From Gnetum montanum (lineage: Eukaryota > Plantae > Gnetophyta), in the NCBI GenBank assembly GCA_015680685.1, contig MNCI01000651.1, positions 1,350,603 to 1,414,602 of the forward strand: a stretch of DNA of 64,000 nt, read 5' to 3'. Positions 1 to 13,518 of the stretch are shown piece after piece. The notes below the pieces were generated by a model. It ran no database searches. It was not told where the DNA came from and was given only the letters and a program-made list of their open reading frames with translations. Position numbers and translations under genes: made by a program. Numbering within the stretch: the first letter of the stretch is position 1; each line of letters opens with the position of its first letter.

Positions 1-199
1 ATAGCTTAGATAGTTTAGGCATGTACAAAGAAGATTAAAAAACAAACCTATAATAAATAGGTTGCTACATCATTGTTCCAGGAAAGCCATCAAAAAGAAG
101 ATAAAAAAAGACATAGGAAAAAATTATCAAAGATGATCAAAAGAAATTGTCAATAAACAAGGAACTAGCTCTTCATAGAAGTGTATGGAGATAAAAACT

Positions 200-940
200 C
201 ATGTAGCCAATCCCATTTTGTTGGAACAAGGCTAGGATGATAATGACAATGATATAATTTTTAAAGCTCCTCATCAAAATGTATGCAAGAAATTTGCTAA
301 GTTGATGCATAATGAATTGAAGATGAGCATGATGAGAGACATCAACTTCTTTCAATTGCAAGTGAAACAAAGGAAGGAAAAAATTGCCATATCTCAAACA
401 AAATATATCAGAAAATCTTCTTGTGAAATATGGAGTTGAAAATGCAAAGATCAAGGTAACATCCATGGCTCCCAATACAAAGCTAGATACAAATCCCCAA
501 GGTAGAACTGTAAATGAGAAGTTGTATCAAGGTAGGATAAATGGTCTTTTATATTTAACTACTAGTAAACTAGATATTATCTTAAGTAATCTTAACCTTG
601 TGGGATATTGTAATGCAGACCATGCAAACAATCAACAAGCAAATATAGCTACTTTCTTGGACACTGCATTGTTGCTTGGAGTTGCAAAAAACAAAGCACT
701 ATTGCCTTATCCACTACAGAAACATAGTATGTTGCAGCTGCCAATTGTTGTGCACAGCTATTGTGGATGAAACAAACTTTGAAAGGTTTCAGAGTTAAAG
801 TTGGGACCATTCCTATCTACTGTGATAGCAAAAGTACAATAAACATAACTAAAAATCCAGTTCAGCATTCAAAGACAAAGCACATGAAGCTTTGACATTA
901 CTTCATCTGAGAACATGTTGCAAACAAGAACATCCAGGGT
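200..940 (+). mobile_element. Ty1/copia RT-RNase H remnant (SIRE-like), degenerate with internal deletions
   Basis: Fragments GLLYLTTSKLDI, LVGYCNADHA, WSCKKQ...YVAAANCCAQLLWMKQTL, IPIYCDS...NPVQHSKTKH with stops and frameshifts. Confidence 0.85.
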
Positions 941-1727
941 GGACATTAGGTGGAATGTCCCAGTAGAAGCTTGGCAATGCTTAGGCTGGACATCCTACAT
1001 TTTCTTAGATGTCCAAGAAGAGCCAAAGCAATGTGCAAAGTGGATGTCCAAGCCTCAAACGGGATGTCCCACGTAGCTATTGTGGAAAAATAAAAATAGT
1101 TTTTTCATTGTCGTTTTGGCATTCCAATTCCACTTTGAGTTTCCAAGGAAAGTCTAAGAAGGTTGGTTTACTTAGCCTTCAACCTTGTAACCTTACCACA
1201 AACACTTCATTCTCAAAAAATTGATTGAAACAACTACACAACACTTCTCTCAACTATGCACACTCTTGCTTCTGCAAGATCAAGGTCGATCTTGTTTTGC
1301 TGGGAGCTCTACCACTGCTACACATCTTTTCCCTATATTTGAAATGCTTGGACTTTATTGATCCTCTTTCTCATATTGGCATTTCTTTGTTTCTAGGGCT
1401 TAGTGTTCCTTTATGCCCTAGCATCTGTGCCTATTGTAGAAATCACATTTTTGTAGAACATTCTCTACCCACTTTGTCTATTACCGGCTTACTTTGAGAA
1501 GCTTCGAGTTTTCTGAGGAGAAAATTTCAACTTCTACATTGATACCCTTTGGAATTGTGCCTTGCTAAATTCTGAGGTATTGCCAAGTGTTATTGTTTTT
1601 CCCTGAACGGTTCTGGTGTGTCTTGAGACAGTACTGAGGTTCCTAAGAGTCTTGAGAGATACCAAGCTTAAAGATCTCTTCATTTGTGCCCTATAAGATG
1701 TGTGTAGCATCCAAAAATCTACCACAA

Positions 1728-1846
1728 TGATATCCTCTACCACTTTTCTTTTGCTTATGAATTAAAGTGGTAAGCTTGACGACACAGTGATATCCTCTAC
1801 CATTTTTCTTTTGCTTATGAATTAAAGTGGTAAGCTTGATGACACA
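1728..1846. repeat. 60-bp tandem duplication (2 copies)
   Basis: TGATATCCTCTACCA(C/T)TTTTCTTTTGCTTATGAATTAAAGTGGTAAGCTTGA(C/T)GACACA at 1728 and 1788. Confidence 0.95.
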
Positions 1847-1924
1847 TATCAAGAAGAGTATTCCACTCTGTTTCTATTTTGACCCCTTGGATCTATCCCA
1901 CCAGTTTCAGAATTCCTTTTACGA

Positions 1925-2025
1925 TTTTTTTTTTTTTTTAATTTAAACCTTAGTGCTACCCAGTAGAATCGAACCTGTGACCTAGGGTTACCAAGTGAAG
2001 ACCGTTACCACTAGGCTAACACCTC
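1925..2025 (-). mobile_element. tRNA-derived SINE
   Basis: Minus strand: A-box TAGCCTAGTGG (2018-2008), B-box GGTTCGATTC (1975-1966), short body, A15 tail (1939-1925). Confidence 0.8.
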
Positions 2026-4494
2026 ATTAGAACTCATTCAGTTCAATAATCCATAAAAGTACAACCTAAATATCCTCAACAGGTATGGACTAGAGCATTT
2101 CAAGGAAATCCTATTGTACATTACTGCAGAAAGCAATTGGATTTTTAAAGACTACTAGAACATGGTCAAAAGTGAGTCCGAGCATTTGAGCAATTGCACC
2201 TCCTTTGTTGATGTTGATTTCTACTAGGTTTATATGTGAATCAACAAACTATAGCTAACTCTTGATCCCTCTGGCATATTTTACTTGGTGGAGACCAAAC
2301 AAGCCGAGAAGCTTAAAGGAATTGAAGTTGATCTAGTTCTTTCTCACACTTAATTTAATGTTAAGAGCTTCCCTACACGTATGCCCTTCAGCTGCCCTTC
2401 TTGCACCATATGCTATTGTTTTGCAAGTGAGGGATCCAACTGGGTTTTATAAAAATTTTCCGCTTCAAAAACACCTAGTTAAAAAATGGATAAATGTGTG
2501 ATGGGTTGGAATCTATCTAAAAGAGCAAGACTAGGAAGCATAGCTTGCTCACATGTAACACCCATGTTCTAGATCATCCTTTTTGTTTGATATGTGCTAA
2601 GACTTCAACCTTAGATGTGTAGCATCTAGCTCACTTGTTACGCTACTTGGCTATGTGGTTTAACCTTGGTTGCGTGGTGTGGTTGATGGACTGCTACTAT
2701 TTGATAGATTAGAACTTATATTTATGTTATTCCATTAATGAGGTTTAGGAATTATATTCTAATGTTAAGCATATATGCACTAACCTTGTAGAGCAAATCT
2801 AATGGGTAATTAAAGCCCAAAATCATATCGGCTTGTTAATATTAAAAGAAATGTAGCCTTACTAATCTGCTGAGATCTATAGAAGGATAGCAGCCTTGGA
2901 AAGGTTTCAGTCATGTCAGTTTCAAGGTAGGAAAGTTTATTACAACTATTCACCTTTGGGCTTCAGTTCCTTACGTTTGTACACACATATTTGATTTTTG
3001 TTTTCCAATACCTGTGGGTATTATTCGGAGCGTTGTTTTCAGAGCTTGCAAGTTTCAGATTTTCATTTATCGTGCTTTTCCGGATTTTGGTGTTGTGTTT
3101 CTATACATTTCTCTGCTTTTCACGTCTGTTTCCTCTTGCTTCAGGCTCACACACTATAGGACAGAATTGCAATTGCTAGGGCACAATGTTCGGCAGTTCC
3201 GAGGTGCTGTTTTGGGCACATGTTCAACCTACCTCCAGCCTCAACTTGGAATGGAGAAAGTTGCATTCACGAGCAAAAGTAACTCAAGTTTCGGCAGAAC
3301 TTTGCTGTCACAACAGGCATCAGGAACATTGGCATAACTATTACACACTTGGAGTGCTATGATGCTGTTGTTTCAGCGCGCTATGATGATGTTGGTACAA
3401 TGATTCAGTGGTGACGGTCAGGCTCTACAAAAGCGGAATAACAATTAATCTTTAGGTAGTAGCATGCCAAATCATGATACACAATACATCACCCCCTGAA
3501 GATGGTCACTTAATTTACCATCTTTCACTCTCAATGATTGTGCATATTGTGCATCTTCCATCTGGAGCAGCCCTACGATGCAGTGTGCCTCATAGAGCTT
3601 TTTGGCAATGAAGTTACTGCACAACTCGCTGCGGACAAGAAACATGGGATATTTCAGTTGAGTTCCTCACTGTTGCCTGCTCGCACTGAATGTGGATTTT
3701 GTTCAAGGGATTCCATCACATTCACGTCATACAATTGATCGTTTGCTTGGTCCTTCGGGCATATCAGATACTACCTCTATCACATGACGTGCAGTCCAGG
3801 TTTCAGTCCTGCAAAGCAACTTTGAGTTTGAGACAATTTCAAAAAATAAAGACCAAATACATGGAAGTGGTTTCCACTCCGACTATTAGTTGGCTGATCG
3901 TTTGACCCTTTACAGGCACTTTAAGCACCTCGCTCATGTTGGGCTGTCTCCACAGGATCTAGCATTGCTCACACTAGCTTGGAATTCCCACTAATGCTCC
4001 CACCTAGGCGTTGTACACCCCCAATTTCTATATACCGGAGAATGTAATATTGTTTGGTTTAGCTCACACTCCTCTACCAACTATGCCACTACCCCAAACA
4101 ATGCATATTGTGCTGAAGCAGTTTTGGAATTGGCCACTCCATCATTGGTGGCTCTCTCCATTCCAAAGTCTATTCCTCTGACGCCTAACTTACCAGGTTG
4201 CTTTCAATCTATTGTTTACTCCGTTGCACTCTTTGATGTCTTCAATATCCCCAGCGTTGTCATGCTAGTGCTCTATGTTCTTTGCCATCTCATCCAGCCT
4301 CACTCAACGTTTCCCAAGCTCACCCCAACATAACTCAGCACACACACATCCCCCTCAACGGATGTGCTTAACACTATGAACATGGCTTATCTGTCTTGTA
4401 GTTCTGTAATTGATATTGTTCCTCCAAAAATGTTCTCTCAAAATTCTGCAAGGATACCTCCACGAATCACATGTTTGAAAGTATGATATAAGGC

Positions 4495-6296
4495 TGTAAA
4501 CAGTCTTCAGAACAATATAAACCTCAATAGATCAACAATAACGAAATGAATGGGCACACACCTCCAATCAAATATGGACTTACCATACCACCCACGATTT
4601 AGGAATGGCAGGAAATCAATGAATAGCGATGAACTTAATAACAAAATCAATAAGATATAAGTGATGTGAATAAGACCTAGCCAATACAAATATACTTAGA
4701 ATAACTAATAAAGCATGAAATGAATAATAGATGAGAGACTGATATATGAAACAGGGTTTTCGGTTTTCCTTCTCGATGAACAAAAAGTGTTTTATAACAA
4801 AGTTTGCCTCTTATATAATGCCAACAGAAAACTGGGATAACATGGATGATAAAACGGATTAAAGGTTTAAAGTGACAAATTAGCCTCAGTTTATGAGGAA
4901 AAATGAAGCTTAAATGATCAATTTTAGTGCCTTACAAGTTGATAGATGAATGGGCAATCTACCGTCGTTGTTCGGGATCAATTCGAAGATCAAACTGGGT
5001 CATTTCTGGATGTTTTCCCATCAGTGACACTGGTACATGACACAGTGATGCTAACACTAGCCCCAGTGACACTGATGCTACGTCAACATGCCCGCCCGTG
5101 TGTGCTGCTGGTGACATAGGTGCAAGGATGAAGCTCACAGACTGCAGACAACACTGGAGTGGCCGTGGATGAAGCTCACAGATTGCAAATGACACTAGAG
5201 TGGCCATGGAGCATGGAGGTGTCGTAGTTGATGCCAGTGCTCGTGCTCCAAATCTCTCAAAATTGGAAAGTGCTCTCAGAATCTTAAGAAATCAACCCCA
5301 AATTGATATTTAAGGCTGGTATTTATAGGATTATGTTTTCCTAAAAACATTTAAAGTTTAGTACAATTAACTCGGAGTTCGTTTTAGCACCTTGAAGTGC
5401 AAGCTAGCTACAACTAACACTGATGATGTAGGCAGGTAACGCAGTGATGCTGAACCTGCATCAGCAATACCTACATTAGCTAGTTTGATACCCTGCACTC
5501 TGAATTGTGAATCCGGGACCCCAGGGATCACCATTGACACTCGAACTGATGTCAAACATTGCCAAGATGATGCCAAATGGACATCAAGGATCACACAAAA
5601 CTCACAAATGTTGTACAGAGTCAAGTTTTCACATTGTAGTGCCTAAGTGACATGGACAAGTGATGCTAAGACTATGTCAACATCACTTAAGCATCATGAA
5701 AATGAAACATGTTTCTCTGTGCCTTTTGGGGTCTTCAGTATTGCCAAAACTAATGTTTGTCACCTTGGAGATGATGTAGATTATCCTAAGAGGTTCAACG
5801 AAGGCGACACTAAGCTCAGAAAGCAAGTTTTTGATGGTAGGAATGCAGGTGACACTAAGTAGGTGACGTTGATGCACCTAGATGAGACTTGACGTTTCAG
5901 GCCTCCAAATACTGCCAAAATTGATACATGTCATTTCAGAGGTGATGTGGACTAGTCATTGGAGGCTCAATGGAGCTCGATGTGTGATCTGCAGGTGAGT
6001 TTTTAGGTCGTGAATTGCTAGGGACACTGGATAGGTAATGTTGATGCTGCATCAGCGTCACCCAACATCATGTAGCCAAAATGACTTATTTCGAGCTTCT
6101 GAAAGCCACTGAAAGTGCTCAAATTGATGCCTATCCTTCATGGCATGGTCAAGATCAACCACTGGGGGCCTATAGAAGTCTAAAATGCTACTAGTGATGG
6201 TGTTTTGAAGGACATTTTGATGGGCCAAGTGGATATGACAATGTTAAACCCCAACTTGCCCTAGTTGCTGAAGTACGAGAGAAAGTGGGTACAACA
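4495..6296 (-). mobile_element. Probable 3' LTR (about 1.8 kb) of a Ty3/gypsy (Tat/Ogre-like) element
   Basis: Minus strand: purine tract AAGAGGGGGCAA (6308-6297) immediately followed by TGTTGTACCC; candidate end ...GTTTACA at 4495. The left boundary is inferred. Confidence 0.55.
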
Positions 6297-6595
6297 TTGC
6301 CCCCTCTTAATGTATGTTGTTGAGATATTAACGAACGATCCATCAAAAAAAAAGATGGATGGTAATCTGGTGATTTATCTACAAAAGAAAGGGGGAGAAA
6401 AGAAGCAGGATAAGGGGAGAATGTTAGGATACCGCTAATACACTAGTCATGAGCAAGTGGGATAAGGGTAGAATTTAGTAAAGGGATTATAAAAAGAGAT
6501 GAATAGCTCGATAGGGAAGGAAGAGATTTGAAAAACTGCAATGATTAAAAAAAATAGATGTGGATAAGGCCGAATTTAGAGCATACATGTGACAT

Positions 6596-6972
6596 GATGA
6601 TGGATGATGTTACAAATAACAATACAGCCCCAACTAGAATGCCCACTCGGCCTAGATTGAATGCTCAATGTTAATGTAGATGACTAATTTGTTGATAATG
6701 GCTTGAAGATAGGCAGGATGATGATGGTTAGGTTTAAGGTTGATTAAGGGATAAAATGATCATAAGAATTGGAAAATAATGATGAATGGATGATGGATGA
6801 TGTTAAAAATAACAAGACAGCCCCAACTAGAATGCCCGCTGGGCCTAGATTGAATGCTCAATGTTAATGTAGATGACTAATTTGTTGATAATGGCTTGAA
6901 GATAGGCAGGATGATGATGGTTAGGTTTAGGGTTGATTACGGGATAAAATGCTCATAAGAATTGGAAAATAA
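6596..6972. repeat. About 193-bp tandem duplication in the retroelement 3' region
   Basis: TGGATGATGTTA.AAATAACAA.ACAGCCCCAACTAGAATGCCC...GGAAAATAA at 6601 and 6794. Confidence 0.92.
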
Positions 6973-7197
6973 CAATGTAAAGAAAGATGAAGGACAGATG
7001 AGAACCACAAGATCTGAAGAGGTGGTGCCTGTGGGATACAATGATGAATGAATAATGTACATAAAGAAGAATGAGAGATGGGAACCACAGGAATTGAATA
7101 GGTGATGCCTATGGGATACAATGATGAATGAGCAATGTAGAGAAAGAGAAAGGAGAGATGGGAACCACAAGAACTGAACAGGTGACACCTGTGGAAT
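6973..7197. repeat. 80-bp tandem repeat, about 3 copies
   Basis: Anchor (A/G)GAACCACA recurs at 7001, 7081 and 7161, with GGTG..CCT.TGG and CAATGATGAATG. Confidence 0.9.
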
Positions 7198-7699
7198 GGT
7201 GGGCTTATTCATGCTAAAGTTGGGATTAGTCATGTAGGAGGTTGCACATGATCTTGGTTAAAGGTTTCTGATGGCCGAGGAGGCATATATCATGTTATAG
7301 AAGAAAAATTAGATGGTGACAGACATACGGGAAAAGTATCGCGCATAGATAGACCCTCAGGATTTTCTGAAACAAGGGCTCTCACATCTCGAAAAGGAGA
7401 TCAGGAGCCTACAGATGACAAAGAAATACTCTTTCAGGACTGCCAAAGCTGCACACCAGCAGAGGCTGTTGGACATTCAGGCCTAGCAGGAGAACAGTGA
7501 ATCTCTGAAGAAGGAGCATGACTCACTGGTTGAGCTGTAACTGTTGGCTGGGGAAGAGAAGTAATACAAGAAGGAGAGATCTAGGGTCCAGTGGCTCAAG
7601 GAAGGGAACAAGAACAATCGCTTCTTCTTTCCCACCACAAAAGCCAATAATCAAGCCAAAAAGATTCACCACATTCTTCAGGGCCAAATCCTCCTACAT

Positions 7700-9171
7700 C
7701 ATTCACATAGCATTGCTCAAAAGATGCAGAAGTATTGGATGGGGGTCATGATGGGGGGAGGTTCCTCCCTTGTCTCCATCCAAATTCAAAAGATCATCAA
7801 GGAGGAGAATAACAACTGGCTTGTTGCCCCAATAACCATGCTCAAACTCTCTAAGGCCATGGCTTTCCTCAAAACTGATAAGGCACTGAGGCCAGATGGC
7901 TGGCCTATCAAGTTCTTCCAAGAATTCTCAAATATCCTAGGAAATAATATTCTAGATGCCTTCAACCAAATGTTGAAGTGGGATCAGGTTTGGCACAAGA
8001 TCAACTGCTCACAAATTGTGCTTATCTCAAAGATCCCAAATCCCACATCGCCTGCGCAGAGAAATTGGAGTGTGTAATACACTCCTCAAACTCTTCACCA
8101 AAATTCTCATTAGACAACTACAACTATCGATGTTATCTTTGGTTGGCACCCACCAAGCTGGCTTCGTTAAAAGGAGAGATATCTAGGATCAAATCCTACT
8201 ACTTCAAGAAGTCATGCACTCCATACAAAGAACTAAGTTCCTTGATATGTGCATCGAACTTAATATTGCAATGGCCTATGACACCATTCAATGGGATGCT
8301 CTTCCGGACATTATGCTCATGAAGGGAATTCACCTAAAATTTGTGGCCCTCTATATCAATCTTCAAGCCACACAAGCCTACTCTGTTTTGAATAGGCTAC
8401 TTTGGGGGTTTCCCTCCCCCAACAAGGGGCTACATCAAGGTGACCCCCTTTCTTCCTATTTATTTATCAACGTTATGGATACTATGAAGCTTTATTGAAG
8501 GGTGAAGGGGGTCTGAGGGTTAAATATTGAGGGGGTTTATCTGCATCACTGAACATTATGTTGATGACATGATACTTATGACCCAAGCAACCATGCTCAA
8601 GCCCTAGCTATCAACAAGGCTCTAGCCAAGATGGCTCAGGTGCAAGTAAGGGTGCACATAGAGAAGTAGGCTAAGTGGGAGGTGGAGCTACTCAAACGGG
8701 ACCAACAGGACCAAGCAAGGGTGATGGAAAAAAGTCAACGCCATAAAGAAGCAACTGAGGAGCATAGGAGGTAGAAAGGCCCAAAAGAGGCCACGATTAG
8801 GAACAAGTTGGGAGACCAACTATGCATGTAGATAGAGGAGGATTTGCTCAAGGAGGAGTGGGAAAGGAAGCTACATGAGGACGAGGAGGAGCAACAGTTT
8901 TGAGATCTGCTCCAGGAGCAACAAATGAGGGCTAGCCAAGACACTACACACGAGTCAAATACATGCCGCTGGCTCAAGAATGGTAGATGCCCATACATTG
9001 TGCTTGGTATCAACTAAAATGCTACAGCCAAATCACCGCCACCAAGCTTCACCCTAATAGGGCCAAAACTCTACTGTCCAAAGACAAACAGCAGAGTGAA
9101 GACAAATACAAGGAATTCCAAGAGGCAACCACTTTTATGACAACTGAACACCACATGGCTATCCCAAATGT
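7700..9171 (+). mobile_element. Extended-ORF2 LINE family, fragment 'a': RT piece joined by internal deletion to coiled-coil and C-terminal tail
   Basis: KALRPDGWPIKFFQEF, LHQGDPLSSYLFI, EHYVDD; from about 8640 E/Q/R-rich sequence, then HESNTCRWLKNGRCPYIVLGIN and LHPNRA...KEFQEATTF. Confidence 0.85.
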
Positions 9172-9481
9172 TGTAAAGTGATGTTTATGTGGAGATGTGT
9201 TTTATCCCACATGAGTTAGGATTGGGGTTTGGTCCTAATGTTTCCTTATAAATAGAAGGCTAGGGGTAGCTTTTATATGTGTGTGGTTTTGATGCAGGAG
9301 TATCGTATTGAGGTTTTACGTTAGAGACGTAAGTCTTATAGATGTTGATCTGAGAGCTGTTGGAGTAACAGATTGGGTACTTGGGAAAGCTATAAGGACA
9401 GCTTGTATCCTTAAGATTTGAGCAAAATATAATGTAGATCAACATTTTCGTGGAGTGGAACTCTCACTTTTGATCATAACA
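9172..9481 (+). repeat. 5' LTR of the copia element (probably 5'-truncated)
   Basis: 310 bp aligning without gaps to 13615-13924 (about 39 mismatches by hand); ends ...AACA before the PBS; TATAAATA at about 9247. Confidence 0.93.
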
Positions 9482-12400
9482 ATTGGTATTAGAGCCAAAT
9501 CTAAAGACATGGAGAGGTTGCAAACAACAAAAAGATTGGTAGGAAGGAATTGGAACGTCTAGAGCATTTTGATGAAGGCTATTTTTAGCACAAAAGAAAT
9601 ACTAGGAGGCCCTAGAACCCTCTCAACCAGCAGGAATGTCAAATGTTGATTGGAGAAAGATTAAGACTAGGGCATTATTTTTCATTTATCCAACCCTGAG
9701 CAATGGGATCTTAGCATCAATTAAACTTGATATGGATCCGCATAATCTATGGCAAATGTTGAAAAATAGGTTTGATAAAGCATCAGGTTTGAATACCTTT
9801 CACATTTATCAGACAGTTTTTAAATGCAAGAAGATATATGATGTGTCTTTCCAAGATCATTTGGATAAGATGATGGGAAATCTAAATAAGTTGGAAGAAT
9901 ATAAAATTGTTATTTCAAATTTAGTTAAATCCTATGCTCTGTTAGACTCCTTACCTGATTCCCAGTCTACAGTTGTGACATCTATTACTACTTCTATGAG
10001 TGCTTCATCTATGACGTTTGAACAGGTCATGTCTACCCTTCAAGATTCAAAAGAAAGAGTAGATGAGTCTTCTGGACCTGGAAATGTTCATGTAGCACAG
10101 GAAAGAGGGAGAAGTAGGAGACATTTCCCAAGTAGGGGGAGAAGCAAGAGTAGAGGTGTATCATGTGGCAAAACTCAAACTCAAGAGTGTTGGTTCTGTA
10201 AAAAGAAAGATCATTTGAAGAAGGACTGCTTTGCATGGTAAGCACAAAAAAATAAAGAAAAGGAGAAGAAGTCGGAAGAAGGAACATTAGAGGTAATTGC
10301 AGCTGAAGAAAACATTAGTTTCTTGATTCAAGAACTATGTACAATGGTGGTAGATGGATGTAGCATTGACATCCGGTTGATTGACTCAAGTGCCTCCTTT
10401 CATATTTGCCCAAATATGTCTTGTTTTGCCTCTTATCATGACATTGAATCTAGTTTTGTATGTGCTACTAATGGAAAAGCTTTAAAAGTTATTGGAATTG
10501 GAAGTATAATTCTACAACAAGTAGAGATGTCAAAGGTGACAATAGATAACATTCGATATGTTCCTAAAGTCGCAAAGAAGTTGATTTCAGTTCCACAACT
10601 AGATGATTCATGTCTAAATTTCAGTAGTGGAGATGGACATTGGAGGATTTCCAAGGGAATCATGACCATTCTAAAAGAAAAGGAGGACAGCTTATATACG
10701 TTGATGGCAGATTCATGTAACTCTGTTGTAGTAGTTTCTGATGCAAAAAATTCTGAAGTGTGGAATAGACATCTTGGACACATTGGTTGGTCAACCTTAA
10801 AGATACTTCAAAATCAATCTCTCATTCCTGTATTTTTTTATGCCCAAACTAATTGCAAAGACTATCTAGTTGGAAAATCTAGGAGAGTAAATTTTTGTAG
10901 GGATTTGGCCAGCACAAAGAAAAATAAGTTAGAATTGGTTTATTCTGATGTTTGTGGTCCTATGACTCCTATTTTTCTTTCTGGATCTATTTATTTTGTG
11001 ACTTTCATAGATGATTGTACAAGAAATGTTTGGGTTTATATGCTGAAATCAAAAAATGAAGTGTTTTCAGTTTTCAAAACATTTGCTGCAAGAGTAGAAA
11101 ATGAAACAATGCTGAAAATAAATTGCCTACAAATTGATAATGGTAGGGAGTACACTTCCAAAGTATTTGCTGATTTCTGCAATAGCAAAGGAATTAGACA
11201 CATTTGTACACCTCCTAGTACACCACAAGAAAATGGAGTTGTTGAAAAATGCAACAGAACATTGCTAAATCATGCCAAAACAATGGTTTCAAGTGCTAGC
11301 CTACCTAAGACGTTTTGGGAAGAGGCAATTAAGACTATTGCATATTTGGTGAACAGGTCTCCACATTCTTCAATTGATAATGCTATTTCAAAAGTTGTTT
11401 GGAGGGGTAAAGACATTTCATATTGTCATTTAAAAATTTTTGGATGCAAAGCATTTATGCATATTCCAAAGGAGAACAGAACTAAGCTGTAGAACAAGGC
11501 TAATCGTTGCATATTTGTTGGAGATGGAGAAGATGAGTTAGGATTCAGACTTTGGGATCCTGAATTGAAACGTGTAGTGAGATCAAGGGATGTTAAATTC
11601 AAAGAAAATGTCATGTTTAGTGAGCTCCAAAAGAAAGACAAGGACAGCAATGACTCACAGCATGAGAACTCCTTTTAGGGTGACTAAAGAAGTTGAAAAT
11701 GATGAAATTCATGGATTTTACAAATCTAGAAACATTGGACAGCATGCTGGAATTAGTGGGCAGCAAGTTAAGAACTCAAGATAACAAGGACATGAGGTAG
11801 AAGATGATGGACAACAAGCTGCAGATGTGTCTCATTGGGTTAAAAGGTCAACAAGAGCTACCAGACCTCCTGATAGGTACCCTCCTTCCCTGAATTATGA
11901 AATTTACAATGATAGTGGTGAACCGGAAACAGTGGAGGAAGCCATGACATGTGCTAATGCCACAAAGTGGAAGGCAACTATGCATGATGAATGGGAATCA
12001 CTCTAGCAAAACAAAACATGGGAGCTGGTTCAGTTGTCAAAAGGGAGAAAACCCTTGGAGTGCAGATGGCTATACAGAATTAAAACAAAGGCCAATGGGG
12101 AAAAAAGTTTCAAGGCTAGGTTGGTGGTGAAAGGCTATGCACATAAACCATGTATAGACTTTCAAGAAATTTTTTCTTCAGTGGTGAAACACTCTTCTAT
12201 ACGTTTAGTGCTATCTTTGCTTGCTTGCATGGATATAGAGCTGGAACAACTTGACAAAAATAGCATTCTTGCATGAAGATTTGGATGATAAATATACATG
12301 AAACAGCCCTAAGGGTATGAAAAATAGCAAAGTTCAGGTCTTGTTTGCAAACTGAAAAAGAGCTTACATGGCCTGAAACAAGCCCCTAGGTAGTGTCATA

Positions 12401-13518
12401 AAAGGTTTGCTACCTTTATGAAGAAGCTAATTTATTAGCGAAACAATCTGGACCACTGTGTATTTTTCTAAAGATTTTTCAGGTAAGTTTACAGTGTTGT
12501 TGCTGTATGTTGATGATATGTTAATTTCTGGAAATGACATGGCAAAGATAAAATGTCTAAAGCTAGAAATGGGCAAAGAATTTGCCATGAAGGATTTGGG
12601 ATAGGCAAAGAAAATTCTTGGAATGCATATTTACAGGGACATAAAAAGGAAGAGGATGTGGCTGAGTCAGGAAGAATACATTGGACAGGTTCTAAAACAT
12701 TTCAACATCAAGGATGCAAAACCTGTAAGTACACCGTTTTTAGCACAATTTAATTTATCAAAGGACTGTTCAAAGTCAAAGGAGGATTTTGAAAAGGTAA
12801 AGAATGTCCCATATACTTTTGTTGTTGGGTCATTGATGTATGTCATGGTTTGTACACATCTTAATATTGCTTATGCCGTTGGAGTAGGTAGTAGATTTAT
12901 GACCAACTATGGGTGGAATCACTAGCTGGTTGTTAAATGGATTCTAAAATATTTAAAAGGCACAAAAATGCATTGCTTCTTTTTTGGAGATACTGATCTG
13001 CACATTGAAGGTTTTGTAGATGCAAACTTTGTTGTTGATCATGATACAAGACATTCCACTACAAATTTCATGTTTATTTTGGTGGTGCAGTAGTGAGTTG
13101 GTTGTCACATCTACAACCACTGGTAACTTTATCTACAATCCAACCAGAATATGTAGCCCTCACAGAAGCATGCAAGGAGATGTTATGGATGAAGAGATTC
13201 CTGCAATCTCTTAGATTAAAATAGCAAAGGTATGATGTGTTTTGTGACAATTTGAGTGCAATCCATCTTGTAAAGAATGTTGCCTTTCATGCCAGGACGA
13301 AACATATAGATGTCTAGTTCCACTTCATAAGAGAAATCATAGAGGACGACTTGGTGCATGTTCAAAAGTCCATACAAAGCTTAACGTTGCCGATGCTTTA
13401 ACAAAACCAGTGATAGCTAAAAAGCACAATTTTTGTAGGAAGAAGCTTGGGATAGTTGAACCTTAATCAGAAGAGTGCATCTCTTGAAGGTTGGTTGGAT
13501 TTGTCTTCAAGGAGAGTT

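Noticed and set aside
1945-2025. Functional tRNA gene
   Set aside because: No convincing acceptor stem or cloverleaf; A-tail and a second decayed copy indicate a SINE.
2040-4490. Short ORFs and a possible retroelement remnant
   Set aside because: No motif I can assign with confidence; left unannotated.
5510-5530. Minus-strand WGP codons as the missing LPP terminal exon
   Set aside because: No AG acceptor in phase, no LPP similarity downstream, and it lies within an LTR.
6973-7197. CRISPR-like periodicity here and at 18300-18650
   Set aside because: Eukaryotic context; whole units repeat with no unique spacers; no cas genes.
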